DNA of 64,000 bases from the NCBI GenBank assembly GCA_043228905.1, contig JBHGNT010000004.1, positions 5,332,001-5,396,000 on the forward strand, read 5' to 3'. The DNA is from Azolla caroliniana (taxonomy: Eukaryota > Plantae > Polypodiophyta). A program made the translations under genes and the position numbers. The notes beneath the pieces are model-generated. The model was not told the DNA's origin. It did not search any database and saw nothing but the letters and a program-made list of their open reading frames with translations. Each line of letters opens with the position of its first letter. Position 1 is the first letter of the stretch. This document shows positions 47,101 to 61,400 of the stretch, in pieces.

Positions 47101-50100
47101 AAGGACAAGAGAGAAAAGTTGGATCCGAAGTCCAGGCCATGCATATTCCTTGGATATGGTGATGATGAGTTCGGTTATCGGGTGTAGGATTTGGTCAACA
47201 AGAAGGTTACCCGGTTGAAAACCAGACACTAGCCGGTAATCAGATGACACTCGACGAACTGGTCAGATACGGACAAGAGACCAAACCGATCGAAGAAGAA
47301 GAAGATGATGATGATGAAGACACCAGAACCGGACAAGATCCTGAATCGAATGAGGATGAGGAACAAACGGAGGAACCGACAGTTAGAAACCAAGGATGGA
47401 GATATCCTCTCCGAGAGAGAAGAGACTCCCGGAGATTTTTGGATGTAGAGCATGTGTTGCTAACCGATGAGGGGGAGCCGGAAAGCTTCGAAGAAGCAAA
47501 GAGAGATACCCACAACCGCAAGTGGTTGAGTGCCATGCAGGATGAGATGGATTCCCTGCATAAGAACCCCACATATGAACTGACAAAGTTGCCAAAAGGG
47601 AAGAGAGCAGTCCGGAATAAGTGGGTGTACAAGTTGAAACCGAGAGATGCCAGAAATCCACCCAGGTATAAGGCCCGAGCAATGGTACCGGAAGTTCAAC
47701 TCCTTCATGACCGACCAAGGCTACCACAAAACGCGAGCAGATCACTGCGTGTTTGTGAAGAAATTTGACAGAGGAGATTTCCTGGTTCAATATGTTGGAG
47801 GCGAAACCGGTCGGATCGACACTTCCGGCAATCTACAAGCTATCCGGAAAACAAATCCTGAGGACAAAGGCAGAGAAGACGGATATGATGAAGATACCAT
47901 ATGCCTCTGCCGTCCGGAGCTTGATGTACGCAATGGTATGTACCCGGCCGGATATCGGATATGCAGTCGGAGTGGTGAGCCGTTTCATGAGCAATCCCGG
48001 CAAAGAGCACTAGAACGCGGTGAAGTGGATACTCCGGTACTTGAAAGGAACCTCGAGTATGTGCCTCCAGTTTGACTCTGGTAATCCCCAACTTGACGGA
48101 TTCACAGATTCAGATATGTCGTCTGATGCGGATACCAGACGGTCTACATCCGGATATTTCATGACTTATGCAAGGGGAGTTGTTTCATGGCAGTCAAGGC
48201 TGCAGAAGATGGTTGCATTGTCAACCACAGAGGTGGAGTACATGGCAGCTGTAGAAGCCGGTAAGGAGATAATCTGGATGAAGGACTTCATCAGAGACCA
48301 AGGAATCCAACAGGAGGAATACCGGCTCTACTGCGACAGTCAAAGTGCCATCCACCTTGCAAAGAACGTGGCCTACCATTCCCAGACGAAACATATCCAG
48401 CGGAGGTACCATTGGATCCGGGAGAGAGTAGAAGATCAAGAGTTCGTGTTGACGAAGGTCCACATGGAGGAGAACGGATCGGACATGTTGACCAAGGTCC
48501 TGACAACCGACAAGTTGGACGCGTGCTGAAAGCGGATCGGGCTAACAAGATAACCCATGCCGAAGTGAAGGGGGAGATTGTTGGGAAATCGGTCTCTCCG
48601 GATGGGATCAAGTGGTGAATAAAGAGGACCCGGTGAGAACCGGAAGAGAGATCTGGAAACCGGAGGAGACCCGGTGAGAACTGGAAGAGAAGACATATTT
48701 GTAAATATGTTTTGAGTAAGCCTATTGAGGCTATATTTGTAAATAGCCCTAAGTTCATATAAGTATAAATATGACTTAGGGCAATCACTTTGTAATGTGG
48801 TTATTATTGTTGTTGTAACTGTAGTACAGAGAGAGCGACAAAGAGAGGGAGAGAGAGATACAAAGCGATACTCCATTGTAACCGCCGGTTAGCGAAGATA
48901 CAAAGCTCGAGGTCGTTGCCTACGAGTCTCTGATTGTACCCCTTCTCTTCATAGTGATAGTTCGGAGTCTGTGGGTTCCCATGGTTTTTCCCTATTAGGG
49001 TTTTCCATGTAAACATCTTGTGTTCACTCTTTAGTTCCCATTTATGTGTTCTCCATTCTCATCGAAGTGTTCAAGTCTCGGTTGTGGCCGAGCAATATCC
49101 CGCGTTATATCTCAACACATCCTAGTCGGTTCCTCGCATGAGCAAAAGGGGTATAAGTGCTATAACCCCCGGACTAAGCCGGTCCGAGTAAGCTGAGATG
49201 TTGAGTTCGACAAGACGGCATCGTGGTACTCTCTACCAACTCCGACTTCCGACTCAGACCCGATTCTGGAAGATGAGGCCAGTGAGCTTGAACCGGTCCA
49301 AATAGAAGATGACGAGCTTGAGACTCTAGAAGAGAGTCCTGAATCGTTTCGGTTGAGTGGACCAACTAGCGATTGGGTCAAAGTGACCAGCCGGATGAAG
49401 AACCGGCAAGTAGTGGAGACTCTATCATGCTCTCCCCGCGCAAGGAACTGAGGAGACGGTTCACGCACAAAGAGAAAGGGAAGCAGAAAATGTCGGAATA
49501 TGAAACCGGCAATGTGGAGTCGGATCGGAGCGAATCCGACTTGGGAAAGGATGAAGGTGCATCTTCGGGACCGAAGTTCGAACCGGCCAAGAAGGGCCCC
49601 AAACCGGGTGGTGACAGGTTACGCCGATCTTCCCGCTAGAAGAACCCCGTTACGTGGTACGGGTACAATGAGTACATGGCGCATCACTATGCGTACATGA
49701 CCAAAGTGGCGGAAGTGCGTGAGCCGGAGAGCTACGCAAAAGCCGGAAAGTATGCAAATTGGCGTGCCGCTATGGAAGAAGAAATGTGGGCACTCAATAC
49801 CAATGACACATGGGACCTTGTTGACCCTTCTCGACATTGTAAACCGATCGGTTGAAAATGGGTATACAAGGTAAAGTACAATGCCGATGGTTTGGTTAAC
49901 TGCTACAAGGCCCGGTTACTGGCGAAGGGATACGCACAGACCCACGGAATCGAGTATGATGAGACCTTCGCTCCTGTAGCGAAGATGACGACAGTGCATG
50001 TCGCACTGGCGGTTGCTGCAGCAAGGGGGTGACATCTTCGCCACATGGACATGAAGAATGTGTTTCTTCAAGGTGACCTTGAAGAATGGGTCTATATGAT

Positions 50101-52213
50101 CCAACCTCCCAGTTTCCAGTCGGAGATGAACAAGTCGGCGGTGTGTCGGCTTAAGAAGTCGCTTTACGGTTTGAAACAAGCCCCCGAGCTTGGAATGCGA
50201 AGATCACGCACCGATTGCATAAGATGGGGTTTGTGACCTCTAAATCTGACTCATCGTTGTTCATTCGGCAAGGTCTGAACGGTCTGGTTTCTATCTTACT
50301 TTATGTAGATGATTTAGTCATTACCGAACCCAGACTCGTTGAAATTGGTCGAGTAAAGTCCCAGTTGTCGGACGCATTTGAAATGAAGGACCTGGGGGAC
50401 CTTCATTATTTCCTTGGGATCGAGGTGATCCGAACCCCCGATGGCATATTTCTTTCACAACGCCATTATGTGTTGAATATGTTGTACAAGTTCGGCATGA
50501 CGGAATGCCGACTGATCTCTACACCCCTAGACCGGAACCTGAAGCTATGTCCCGACTCAAGAGCGGCCTACGATGAGAAACGGTTCTGACAAATTGTCGG
50601 AAGCCTCATATACTTGACAATCCCTCAACTCGACATCAGTTACCCAATCGGAGTGATCAGCCAATTCGTGAAGAAGCCGACCGTCGAGAACCTTCAGTGC
50701 GCACACCGGATACTCCGATATGTTAGCGGTACGAAGGACCGGGGACTGTTATACCGGCATGGTATAATTGGGTTGGTGATGCATCTGATCATCGATGCAC
50801 CTCCGGTTACATGTTTTCTCTTGGTAGCGCGGATGTTGCATGGAGCAGCAAAAAACAGCCAACAGTGGCTCTGTCGAGCACTGAGGTTGAGTATCAGGGC
50901 ACTACCATGGACATCTGTGAAGCCATCTGGCTTCGGCGACTTCTATGTGACATCCAGCTCGAGGTACCAACCCCAATCCTGATCTACTGTGACAACATGA
51001 GTAGCATTCAGCTTGCCAAGAACCCCGTGTTCCATGCTCGGACGAAGCACATCGAAGTCCACTATCACTTCGGTATGTTGAGACGGATCGGCAAATTGCC
51101 GACATCTTCACCAAACCGCTCGGATCAGACAAGTTGCAACACTTCACCGAAATGCTTGGTGTACAACATCTCGACGTGCCACACTTGTGGGGGAGAACAA
51201 GAACGGGCAAAGGCACTAGTGATGGCACCAAACAAGAAGCCAGAGAGGAAGAAAGAACCAAAGGGGGAGATGAGCAGAAAAAGGTAGTCGGGCCGACCGA
51301 AGGAGTCGGCACATCTGAACAAGTCGTAGCAAGCAGCAGCGGCGACAGAGTCAAGAAGGACAGAGCCGACCGGAAGAAAGCCAAGACCCGGACATCGTCT
51401 AATGTGGTGAAGGGCCTAAAAACAGAAGACGAGTTGGAAACTACCAACTCGGACAAGAGCTAGAACGAATCAGAGGAAGCCAATTTGGTTCAAGATTCAG
51501 AGAAGCCGAACTAAAGGCCAACCGGACAAGAAGGCAGCAGATGTCGACACCGACACGGACGAATCGATGGATCGACAAGTGTCGGATTCATAACAGCGAA
51601 GGAGTTGAAATGGGCCTGTTGAGCAGATAAGCCGACCAAGGAGGTCGAGGTGCACAGTACCAGACGGGTTGCGGGAAGCGGAACCGGACCAGACCAGGAG
51701 CGCGAGTAAGGCGGAACGACGCTAGAAGGAGTTGGGTGGAAGGACTGGCTGCCACAGACACTAACACCACGATCCAACCTCAAGTTGAACTTGAGGGGGA
51801 GTGTTGAGCGAGCAAGCTCAACCGGACCCGGTTTGGCTGAATAAGCCAGAGCCGGATCGGTATCCGTATACACCTGGCCGGATCGGAGAGCCAAATTCGA
51901 GTGGGAATTGGAAGCCTAGTAGTAGCCTAAACTACTAGGTAATCATTGTCTCGTAGTTAGTGTTAGTCGCTCATATGAGAATTGAACTACCTGTCAGTAC
52001 TTTTGTTAGTCCTTTATGGACTTTGTATAAATAGTGTTGTTATAGCACATTGTATGTACAGAGTATTTGAATCAACATTTACGTTCTACTATCTCTGTCT
52101 CTCTCATCTATACTCCCTGTGTATTAAGCTTCCTCATTAAACCTTCATCTTATTCTCTGTAGCTATCCGACTGAGCCAGTTCTGTCTAACACTTCCGCAC
52201 GTTAACATTCACA
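44176..52213 (+). mobile_element. Ty1/copia element nested in gypsy integrase, TSD CCCAT; same family as 23366-27414
   Basis: LTRs 44176-44567 and 51802-52213; CCCAT at 44171-44175 and 52214-52218; PBS 44568-44579; PPT 51791-51801; gag/PR 44660-45515; RT/RH 49700-51190. Confidence 0.94.
45518..49117 (+). mobile_element. 5'-truncated Tnt1/Tork-like copia nested within 44176-52213 (3' LTR 48579-49117)
   Basis: CFYCGKSGQFQTNC; WVVDSGASFH; LELVHTDVC; EPESFEEA; GFTDSDM..SWQSRLQ; PPT GAAGGGGGAG before the LTR; RT core internally deleted. Confidence 0.9.
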
Positions 52214-52218
52214 CCCAT

Positions 52219-52660
52219 TGAATTTCAAGTTCCCAGCTTGCGGATTCAAGTACACAAAAGACTGTTGGAGGGACAGTCCGAGCAAATCCTGTTGCAGCAA
52301 TTACTTGAATTAGGCGAAACTCGAGTCCACAGTATGACAATACTAGAGCATGAGCACCAAAGGCGTAAAGCGTTCGTAGATCGGCATCGAGGCATGAGTG
52401 AAAAACACTTCAAAATTGGGAAAGTCATGATAGTCTTCCAAACCCGGATAGGCCAAATGCCGGGGACACTACGATTCTGTTGGATAGGGCCGTATTGGAT
52501 AATAGGAGCAGAAAACGCGACCTTTCAATTAGGCACCCTTGCAGGTAGAATACTATGGCAAAAGCTGAACGGGTTCCGCTTGAAGCCGTATTTGGAACCT
52601 ACACCCCCGAATCCATTTTACGTCGTAAATGATACGGTAGCTGGGTCCCGCACCAACTAG
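52219..52660 (+). pseudogene. Gypsy integrase C-terminus (GPY/F motif)
   Basis: LRFCWIGPYWI..LNGFRLKPY. Confidence 0.85.
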
Positions 52661-53074
52661 TAGTCGGAACCCACTTGTAAGAATGTAACAATAATATTGT
52701 AATTTACCGTTAGAAAAAAGAAAAAAGAAAAAAGAGAGAGAAGATAATCACGACTATTAAAAGGCTTTCATGCATGCACAATTTCCTAGGAAAAGAACAC
52801 GCGTCGGCACAATGATGCATAGGCCCATGAACCTTAAGTCCGAAAAAGAGGAGAACAGACGGTTTTCTACACATTACAGAAAACATTCTCAAGCTCTCTG
52901 CTCTCCTCTTGCTCATCGCTCTCCTTGCTCTCCTCGTGCTCCTCACTCTCCTTGCTCCCCAGCCTATCATAGGTAGCACGGTCTGTGACACTCGCGTGCC
53001 TTAACCCCTAATCACTCCTCACACGATCCTTGCCACGCTAGTATGCCGATCCCTATCTCCTCAGTATTGCATTG

Positions 53075-55158
53075 ATGGCTTCTAGAAAAGGGCTTCGAAG
53101 GTTACATCCAAGTAGCAGAGGTGCCACCGCACCCTGATGCCCAAGAAATCACCAAAAAGCTGAATGTCGACACAATTACGAAGGCTAGCATCAGAAAGAA
53201 GCTAGGTTTGACGGCGACCGGAGAAAAACACTTCAAGATTCCCCCTACAGAGGACTTGGAGAAATATTTCAGAGAGTACTCAACCTCGACCAAGACGAAG
53301 GATATCCCAAATTCTTTTTTCCGGGAGGTAGCGAAGTTCTTGCTAGAAGTCGGTTGTGTCCACATCAATGCCTACGGGATACCAAACTAGAAGGCAGACA
53401 TCATCATCGACACATTCGAGGGAGGCGTCATGGACTGGGGGGTAATCACGGGACCAACGCTAAGGGCGGGCCTGCACACATTTCAAGCCAGGAAGAAGCT
53501 GCGGCCGGTAATACAACAATACTTAACTGTACTATTCCCACGTCGAGGTCTCCCTGACCCGGACATGAGCAGACGTAAGCCTCCACCACGGTCTGCGAAA
53601 CGGCGATTGGTAGATCTCGCAACAATGGAATGGGAGGAAGAGCCGAACCTTTCCACCACTAAAGAAGCACCACGACAAGCAGCGCAACAGGACCATCGCA
53701 TTTATCTCGGGGAAGCGCAAAACACAGCCGGACAGAAGGAACAAGAGCCGAACCGCGGCAGTCCCAGGCCTAAGCGCTGAAGGCTAGATCAGAAGGATGG
53801 TCGCGAACTGGTAAAGGATATAGCCGCACCGATCGAAAAGTCCGCCCCTACGGAACCCATGACCACATTAGAACTCATCCGCGAGCCACAACTAGTCATA
53901 ACGGCACAATTACAACGTGGAAAAGGCGTGCTGACGGCAGAAAGTGAAGTGTTGCACTATCCGGACATTCCGGATACGGCCCATGAGTTTGGCGCGTTGT
54001 TACAATTCGGGACGACATATGAACTCATGGAATTCCTGGCGACACAGCAAATCAAGGTGTCCCAACGAATGGCCGAGGAGCACGCCGAACAGAAGATGAT
54101 TGAGCGTGCACTAGCACAAACGACGGAGAGCGAAGATGAAGGTCCACTAGTGAAAGTGGGCTGGAAACGTAATGCAAGGGTCCGGCAAGTTGGAATTGAA
54201 TTGCCTCCCTTGAATGTTGCCTTAGTGGAGGTTCATCGGGAGTTAGCAAAAGTGAGCCTGGGTGCCAAAGATATGGCAATCAAAAATAAAAATGCTTGGA
54301 AAACATTAAAAATGACCCAAGAACAATTGAACAAGGCGCAGGAGTGCATCACGCAACTAGGGTACAATGCGGCCAATACGCAACCTTCCCCGGCCCTTGC
54401 GCCACACGACGCGGAAGTTCAGACGCTAAGGGAAGTGGTGGAGGCCCAAGCAACACTCATGGCAAAGGAAAAAAGGGATACGAAGCTAGCCGAAACGGAG
54501 ATTGACTGCCTTAGATCGGAGCTCCGCCAATCATCTCACAGAGAAGTAGACATCAGGGTGAAAGGACGCAAGGTTGTCAAAACACTTCAAGTTAAGCTTG
54601 ATGTAGAGGTAGTGGGCATGGCCGAACAAAGGAAGAGAAGAAAAGGTTGTAGGAGGAAGCAAGCAAAAAGGAGGCCGTCATTACAGCGTTACGGGAATTA
54701 GCACAAAGCAAGAACGTGTGGTATGAAGAGTAGCTCGCACATGAGCATGAACAAACCCACCAATCGAAATATGCTTGAATAATGAAATGGACCGGCTCGA
54801 GCAACTGCACTTGAAGGAGTCTGAGATCGGGGCACAGATGAAGACCCGCTATGAAGAGGCGACAACACCTAACAAAAGGAAAATTGAGAATCTGAAGAAG
54901 GCATTGGAGGAGTCACTAGCCAGCTCCCAAATACAGAAGGACTGGATCCGCGTACTCCTCCAAACAAAGCAGGACTAGTTTACGAGCTTTGGACAAGGGT
55001 TGGGTCGGATGGGCAAAACAAGCAGCCAAACTCCACACCTACCTAGCGGACTGGGAAAATCAGGCCAAAGAAGGCAAAGGCTTCTATAAGCTAAATGAAG
55101 AGAGCACGTCGCGGTACGAGAAGACCTAACGCAGGACTATCACGCGTTAACCGACCGG
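53075..55158 (+). pseudogene. Accessory sense ORF downstream of integrase (Athila/Tat additional ORF; N-terminal DWG domain and long coiled-coil)
   Basis: ORF pieces 53121-53390, 53430-53780, 53859-54701, 54775-54978; homologous to 16949-18879. Confidence 0.8.
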
Positions 55159-57722
55159 TGTTAACTCTTAGGGCCGGACAATGGCCTAACACAGGGTGTC
55201 TATGGAAGACACTTCACCAAAGGGTGTTACGGCAACAGGATTAGACTCAACGATTAATCCGACTTAATTAAGTTACTTAGCATGATCGTCTTTCATAATC
55301 ACCCGTGTAAGATATAACAATTCAGGCAGAACGGCAATTAATACAGAGAGATAACAACACTAAGCTTTATTAATTAACCGTTGTTCATTACATTGTATCT
55401 GGGCCTTTAAATAGGTTTCCGGTCTGTATTACAAAACGGTGCCATCCGCACCTGTTCGGGATCGGTCCGGATCCGGAACGGCATACCGATTCCGGTCCGT
55501 CCGTCCACACTCATAGCTTAATTACAACCACATTCCTACTACTTAAATAACTCCCCGTTTCCCACTATGGACTCCTTTGCCGGCCGGTAACAATTCTATC
55601 TAGGTAACTACGAAGTTACATGGTTCACTAACTAACTAAACTAACTTGAGCTTGATCTCTCAACACGCCCCCTCAAGCTCAAGTACAGGGCATCTGATGT
55701 CCGCTTTGGCTTTCGACGTTCGGATCTTCGATTCAATTGAATCGGCTTTGGCTTTTGGATGGCCGGTATTGTTTCTTTCGACGTCGACTTCTTTGTGGCA
55801 GTTTCGGTTCCTCCCCCTCAAGCCTATGATGAAGGCTTGTTGTGCGAAATTGGTCAACTGATTTCACCCATCATGAGTTACAAGCCACTTTTGTAGAACT
55901 CTCGGGCTCTTGTTCGGCCACTACCTTCGTCGCGAAGGCGTAATGATGGGCCATATACTCGTTGTAGCCGAGTCGAGTGACAAGATTCTTCTCTCTAGAA
56001 GAGCATCGAAGTTTTTCGCTCGCCGATGTGAACGCCTTCTTCACTCCAGGTGTACGCATGATGGGTACACCAAACTCACTGCCTGGTGAGGGAGCCAATC
56101 CATCCGAATCATTGACGTCAGGGTGGTCGACTTCGTATCCCGGTATCTTACCTTTGCCTTTGACCAAGTTTGCACTTGGCCGCAACGTGCTTGGGTCTCG
56201 TGGGAGCTCTTGTGGCCCACTAGGCTTTGCCGTAATCCAACTTTCTTCGAACATGTGTTCGAAGCAATCTCCATCTTCTACCTCTTGTTCGGTGGATTCC
56301 GGGTCGAGTGGAGTCGGAGTCGAAGTTGTCTCTGGTGCATACCAGGATGCGAACTCATCGAAGACTACGTCTCAACTTACCCGAGCCGCTCGGGTAGAAG
56401 GGTTGTAGCACTTGTATGCCTTCTTCTCGGACATATATCCTATGAGGATACATGCCTCCGGCTTCGCGTCGGCCTTCTGTCGGCTTTCGTTTGGGAGGCG
56501 TACATTTGCAATGATTCCGAACACCTTGAGGTGCGATAGGATCGACTTCCTTCCGACGAGGAGCTTGTAGGGAGTTAGCTCATGGACTCCATTGGTAGTG
56601 CACCAGTTCATGAGATAGACGATCGTGGATGTCGCTTCGGCCCAATAGAAATTTGGCATGTGCTTCTCATTAATCATGGTGTGTGCTACCTCAAGTATTT
56701 GCCGATTCTTCCTTTCGGCGACTCCATTTTGTTGGGGTGTGTGTCGGCATGAGAATTCTCTACAAATGCCTTCACTTTGGAGGTAGGAGGTGAATTCGTT
56801 GGAGAAGTACTCCTTGCCTCCATCCGATTGTAGGCATCGAATGTGCCGACCGGTTTCTTTCTCGACTTGGCCGTTGAGCTTTTGGAAGTGGGAGCGCACT
56901 TCACTTTTCTTCTTCATCGGGTAGATCCACGCGTAGTGCGAGTAGTCGTCGATGAAGGTTACGTAGTATTGGCATCCGCTGATCGTCGGTGTTTGAGCCG
57001 GTCCCCATACATCCGAGTGTATGATGTCGAGGAGGCCTTTGCTTGCAGAGCTCTCCTTCGGGAATGGGAGTCGATGTTGTTTGCCGAGTTGACACTCTTC
57101 GCATACTCGGTCAACTCGTTTCGACTCGAATGTCGGAAGTCCGATGACGACACCCTTGGTTTGCATCGCTCAAAGCCGTTGGAGGTTTATTTGGCCGATT
57201 CACATGTGCCACAACTTGATGCTTGTCTCGGTTTTGAGACCTTTAGCGTACATTGCCGATTTCACCTCGTTCGAATCAAGGATGAACATTCGACCATCTC
57301 TCCGCCCCTTCGCTATGAGTCGGGCATCTTTCTGAATGAAACATCCTTCTTTGTTGAAGCAAACTTCCATTCCTTGCTCCACGATTTGGCCTACTGAGAC
57401 CAAATTCTTCATTATCGTGGGCACATGTAAGACATTCTTGATGCAATTGTTCTTGCCATCGTTGCTGAATGGAACATTGCCGATGTGCCGAATGAGATGC
57501 GTGGTGTCGTCTCCCATCTCTATGTAGCCAGGTCGATCCAGTGTACGCAAGTCATTGAACCACTCTTTGTGGGATGTCATGTGATGTGAGGCATCGGAAT
57601 CGACGAACCACACGTCTTCTGAATTGGAGGTGCTTGAAGAGTCAGAGGCCGTCATAGAGTTCGCTCTATACCTCATTACGAATAGTTCGTTGTAGTTGTC
57701 GTATTCGGAGTTGGTTGCGTAA
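55159..57722 (-). mobile_element. Ty1/copia element, 3' part (3' LTR 55159-55665, PPT 55666-55677, INT, PR; RT and RH deleted)
   Basis: HSDVWGP..FIDDYS..SDGGKEY..PQQNGVAERKNR; WFVDSDASHHM; the linker jumps directly to the pol tail near 55870. Confidence 0.9.
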
Positions 57723-58194
57723 TGTTGCAAACAGCGCTCGGCCACAACCGAGGAATATGATTAACTCACAGAAAACAGGAAATACAAAATGCACGAAGTA
57801 CAATAGAGAGAAGAGTACACGGGATGTTTTACGTGGAAAACCCTAACTGGGGAAAAACCACAGGAGTCCTCAAACTCCAACTATCACTATAGACAGAGAT
57901 GTACAATGGTGAAGCTACAAGGCAACAACCTTGAGCTCACTGTCTTCGCCACAGGCGGCGGCAGTACACAGAGGCAACGACCTCTTCGTCTCTCTCTCCC
58001 TCTCTCTCTCGGCTACTCACTTTTCTCTCTCTCTCGGCTGAAAACATAAAAATGAGCAACAACATAAACTGTTTGCCCTAAGTCATATTTATACACATAT
58101 GACTTTCGGGCCATTTACAAATATAGCCTCAAGGGCTCTTAGCAAACATATTCACAAATATGTCCCCGCATCCGGATCTCTCTCCGGGTACATT

Positions 58195-58335
58195 CGTCAT
58201 CCGGCTCCGTAACCGGGGTCTTCAGCATCCGGCTCCGTAACCGGGGTCTTCATCATCCGGCTCCGTAACCGGGGTCTTCATCATCCGGCTCCGTAGCCGG
58301 GGTCTTCATCATCCGGCTCCGTAACCGCAACCGGG
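58195..58335. repeat. ~26-bp tandem repeat in LTR (CATCCGGCTCCGTAACCGGGGTCTTCAT)
   Basis: Five near-identical units. Confidence 0.9.
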
Positions 58336-58400
58336 CTTGCCGTCATTTATCTCCGGGGACATTCCATCCGGAGGGACCGAAATCCCAACAAACTCCCCCT

Positions 58401-61400
58401 TCACTTCGGCATGGGATGTCTCTCCAATCCAATCCTCTTCCGGCATGCTTCCAACTTGTCGGGTGTGAGCACTTTGGTCAGCATATCTGAGCCGTTCTCG
58501 TCCGTGTGGATCTTCGTCAGCACGAACTCCTGGTCTTCTATCCTTTCCCGGATCCAGTGATATCTTCGCTGGATGTGCTTCGTCCGGGAGTGATAGGCCG
58601 CGTTCTTCGCAAGGTGGATGGCACTCTGACTGTCACAGTAGAGTCGGTACTCCTCCTGCCGGATACCGAGCTCTCTAATGAAGTCCTTCATCCATATCAT
58701 TTCCTTGCCGGCTTCAACAGCCGCCATGTACTCCGCCTCCGTGGTTGACAACGCAACCGTCTTCTGCAGCCTCGACTGCCACGAAACAGCTCCCCCTGCA
58801 TACGTCATCACATACCCTGATGTGGACCGGCTGGTATCTGCATCAGCCGACATATCCGAATCGGTAAAGCCGTCGAGTTCGGGCTTACCGGAGCCGAATC
58901 GGAGGCATACGTTCGCAGTATCCACTTGACCGCGTACCAGTGTTCTTTGCCGGGATTGCTCATGTACCGGCTCACCACTCCGACTGCATATCCTATGTCC
59001 GGTCTTGTACACACCATTGCGTACATCAAGCTTCCGACGGCAGAGGCATATGGTACTTTCATCATGTCCTCTTTCTCAGCCTTTGTCTTGGGGCTTTGCT
59101 TGCTGGACAGCTTGCAGTTTGCCGGGAGGGTTGATCCGACCGGTCTTGCTTCCGACATGTTGAACCGGTGAAGCACCTTTGTCACGTACTTCTCCTGTGA
59201 CAGCCACAACTGCTTCTTCTTCCGGTCCCGGATGATGTGCATCCCTAGTATTTGCCTCGCCGGACCCAGGTCCTTCATTGAGAAGGTTCGGTGAAGCGCG
59301 TTCTTCAGCATCCGTATCTTGACTTGGTCCCGTCCGACGATCAACATGTCGTCCACGTACAGGAGGAGTATTAGAGAGTCTCCTCCTTCAAACTTCTTCA
59401 CAAACACGCAGTGATCGGACTGCGTTTTGTGGTACCCTTCGTCGGTCATGAAAGAGTCGAACTTCCGGTACCATTGCCGGGGAGCCTGCTTCAGTCCGTA
59501 AAGGCTCTTCTTCAGCCGGCATACCAGGTGCTCCTTCCCTTTCTTCTCGAATCCTTCTGGTTGCTGCATGTAGATCTCTTCTTCGAGGTCACCGTGAAGG
59601 AATGCCGTCTTCACGTCCATCTGTTCTACCTCGAGGTCCATGCTTGCCGCTATGCTCAGCACCGTCCGGATGGAGGTCATCTTCACTACCGGGGCAAATA
59701 TCTCGTCGAAGTCGACGCCCTTCTTCTGCTGAAACCCCTTCACCACGATCCTGGCTTTGTATCTCAGGGGGTTTCCGGCATCTCCCGGTTTCAGCTTGAA
59801 CACCCACTTGTTTCGAAGTGCCCGCTTTCCTTTCGGCAACTCCACAAGTTCATATGTGTGGTTCTCATGCAGGGAATCCATCTCCTCCTGCATGGCACTT
59901 AACCACCTGCGGCTATGGGTATCAAGCTTTGCTTCTTCAGAACTCTCCGGCTCCCCTTCGTCGGTTAGCAAAACGTGCTCTGGTTCCGGAAATCTCCGGG
60001 GGGCCCTTCTCTCTCTTAGAGGATATCTCCGTTCCGGAGCTTCGGTAACCGGCTCCTCCGTTTCCTCTTCATCCGAATCCATTTCGGGATCGGGGCCGGT
60101 TCCGGTATCAGTTTCATCTTCCTCGGCCGGTTCTGTTTCTTCACCGTCTTCGGCCGGATCCTCGAGTGCTAACCGGTCCCTTGCCGGTCGGGACTGCTCT
60201 TCGTAGAGTTGATCCTCACCGGTTGACTTGGAGCTCTTCGTCTTCTTCTCCGACTCCCAGTCGGCGAGTGTCTTGTCCTCCATGAAGATGATATCTCGAC
60301 TCCTGAATATCTTCTTGTCGACCGGGTCCCATACTCGGTAGCCGAACTCGTCGTCGCCGTAACCGAGGAATATGCATGGCCGGGTCTTTGGATCTAACTT
60401 TCCTCTCCGGTCCTTTGCCACATGCACGTATGCGAGACACCCGAACACCTTCAGATGCCGGTAGGACACTTCCTTACCGGTCCACACTCTCTGGGGCGTG
60501 TCTCCGTCCAAAGGTACTGAGGGTGATCTGTTTATCACGTATGTCGCCGTCGACATTGCCTCAGCCCAAAACCCCTTGGGTAGTTTCGCATGCGCCAGCA
60601 TACTCCGGACCCTCTCCATTATGGTCCGGTTCATCCTCTCGGCCAGCCCGTTCAGTTCCGGCGTCCTCGGCACAGTAAACTCGAGCCGGATTCCCATCGA
60701 ACGGCAATACTCCTCGAATTGCCCTCGGTATTCTCCTCCGTTATCCGCTCGTAGTGCTTTCAGCTTCTTGCCGGATTCCCTTTCCACCCTCGCGTGGAGT
60801 TCTTTGAAGACGGACAATACTTGGTCCTTTGTCTTCAACGGTGCCGTCCACAGCTTCCGGCTATGGTCATCTATGAATGTTACAAAGTACTGGGCTCCGC
60901 CATGTGACTTCGTTTCTACCTAACACACGTCAGTGTGCACCAACTCCAATGGTGCGCTACGTCTCGTCGGTGGCCTTGAGTGGAAGGAGGTTCGGTTCTG
61001 CTTACCGGCCAGGCAATCGGTGCACCTCTCCAGGTGCACATGCTTCACTGGAATAAGGTTGTCTTCTGCAAGCCTCTTCATCCCCTTCTCACTCATGTGG
61101 CACAGTCTCTTGTGCCACAGCTCACCGGCAGTGTCGGCTGCCACGTTCAACTCTTCCGGACACAACCAGGCATTCATAAGGTACAGTGTGTTGATCTTCC
61201 GGGCCCGAGCCACTATCAGGCTCCCTTTGCTGAACTTCATGACACCGTTCCGGATGCTACCCGTGTAGCCTTCATCGTCTAGCCTCCCGGCCGAAATCAG
61301 GTTCAATCGAACCTCCGGAACGTGTCGAACATCCTTCAGCAGCATTTTGCATCCGGTCGAGGTTGTCAACCACATATCTCCTATGCCGGCAATCCGGCAC

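Larger units (their letters stand above)
28932..55158 (+). mobile_element. Athila/Tat-related (non-chromovirus) Ty3/gypsy element hosting several nested insertions; 3' end not visible
   Basis: Split 5' LTR 28932-29022 + 38689-39057, homologous to the LTRs of 16254-20928; PBS TGGCACGC at 39062; gag, PR, RT, RH, INT and accessory ORF in order. Confidence 0.88.
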
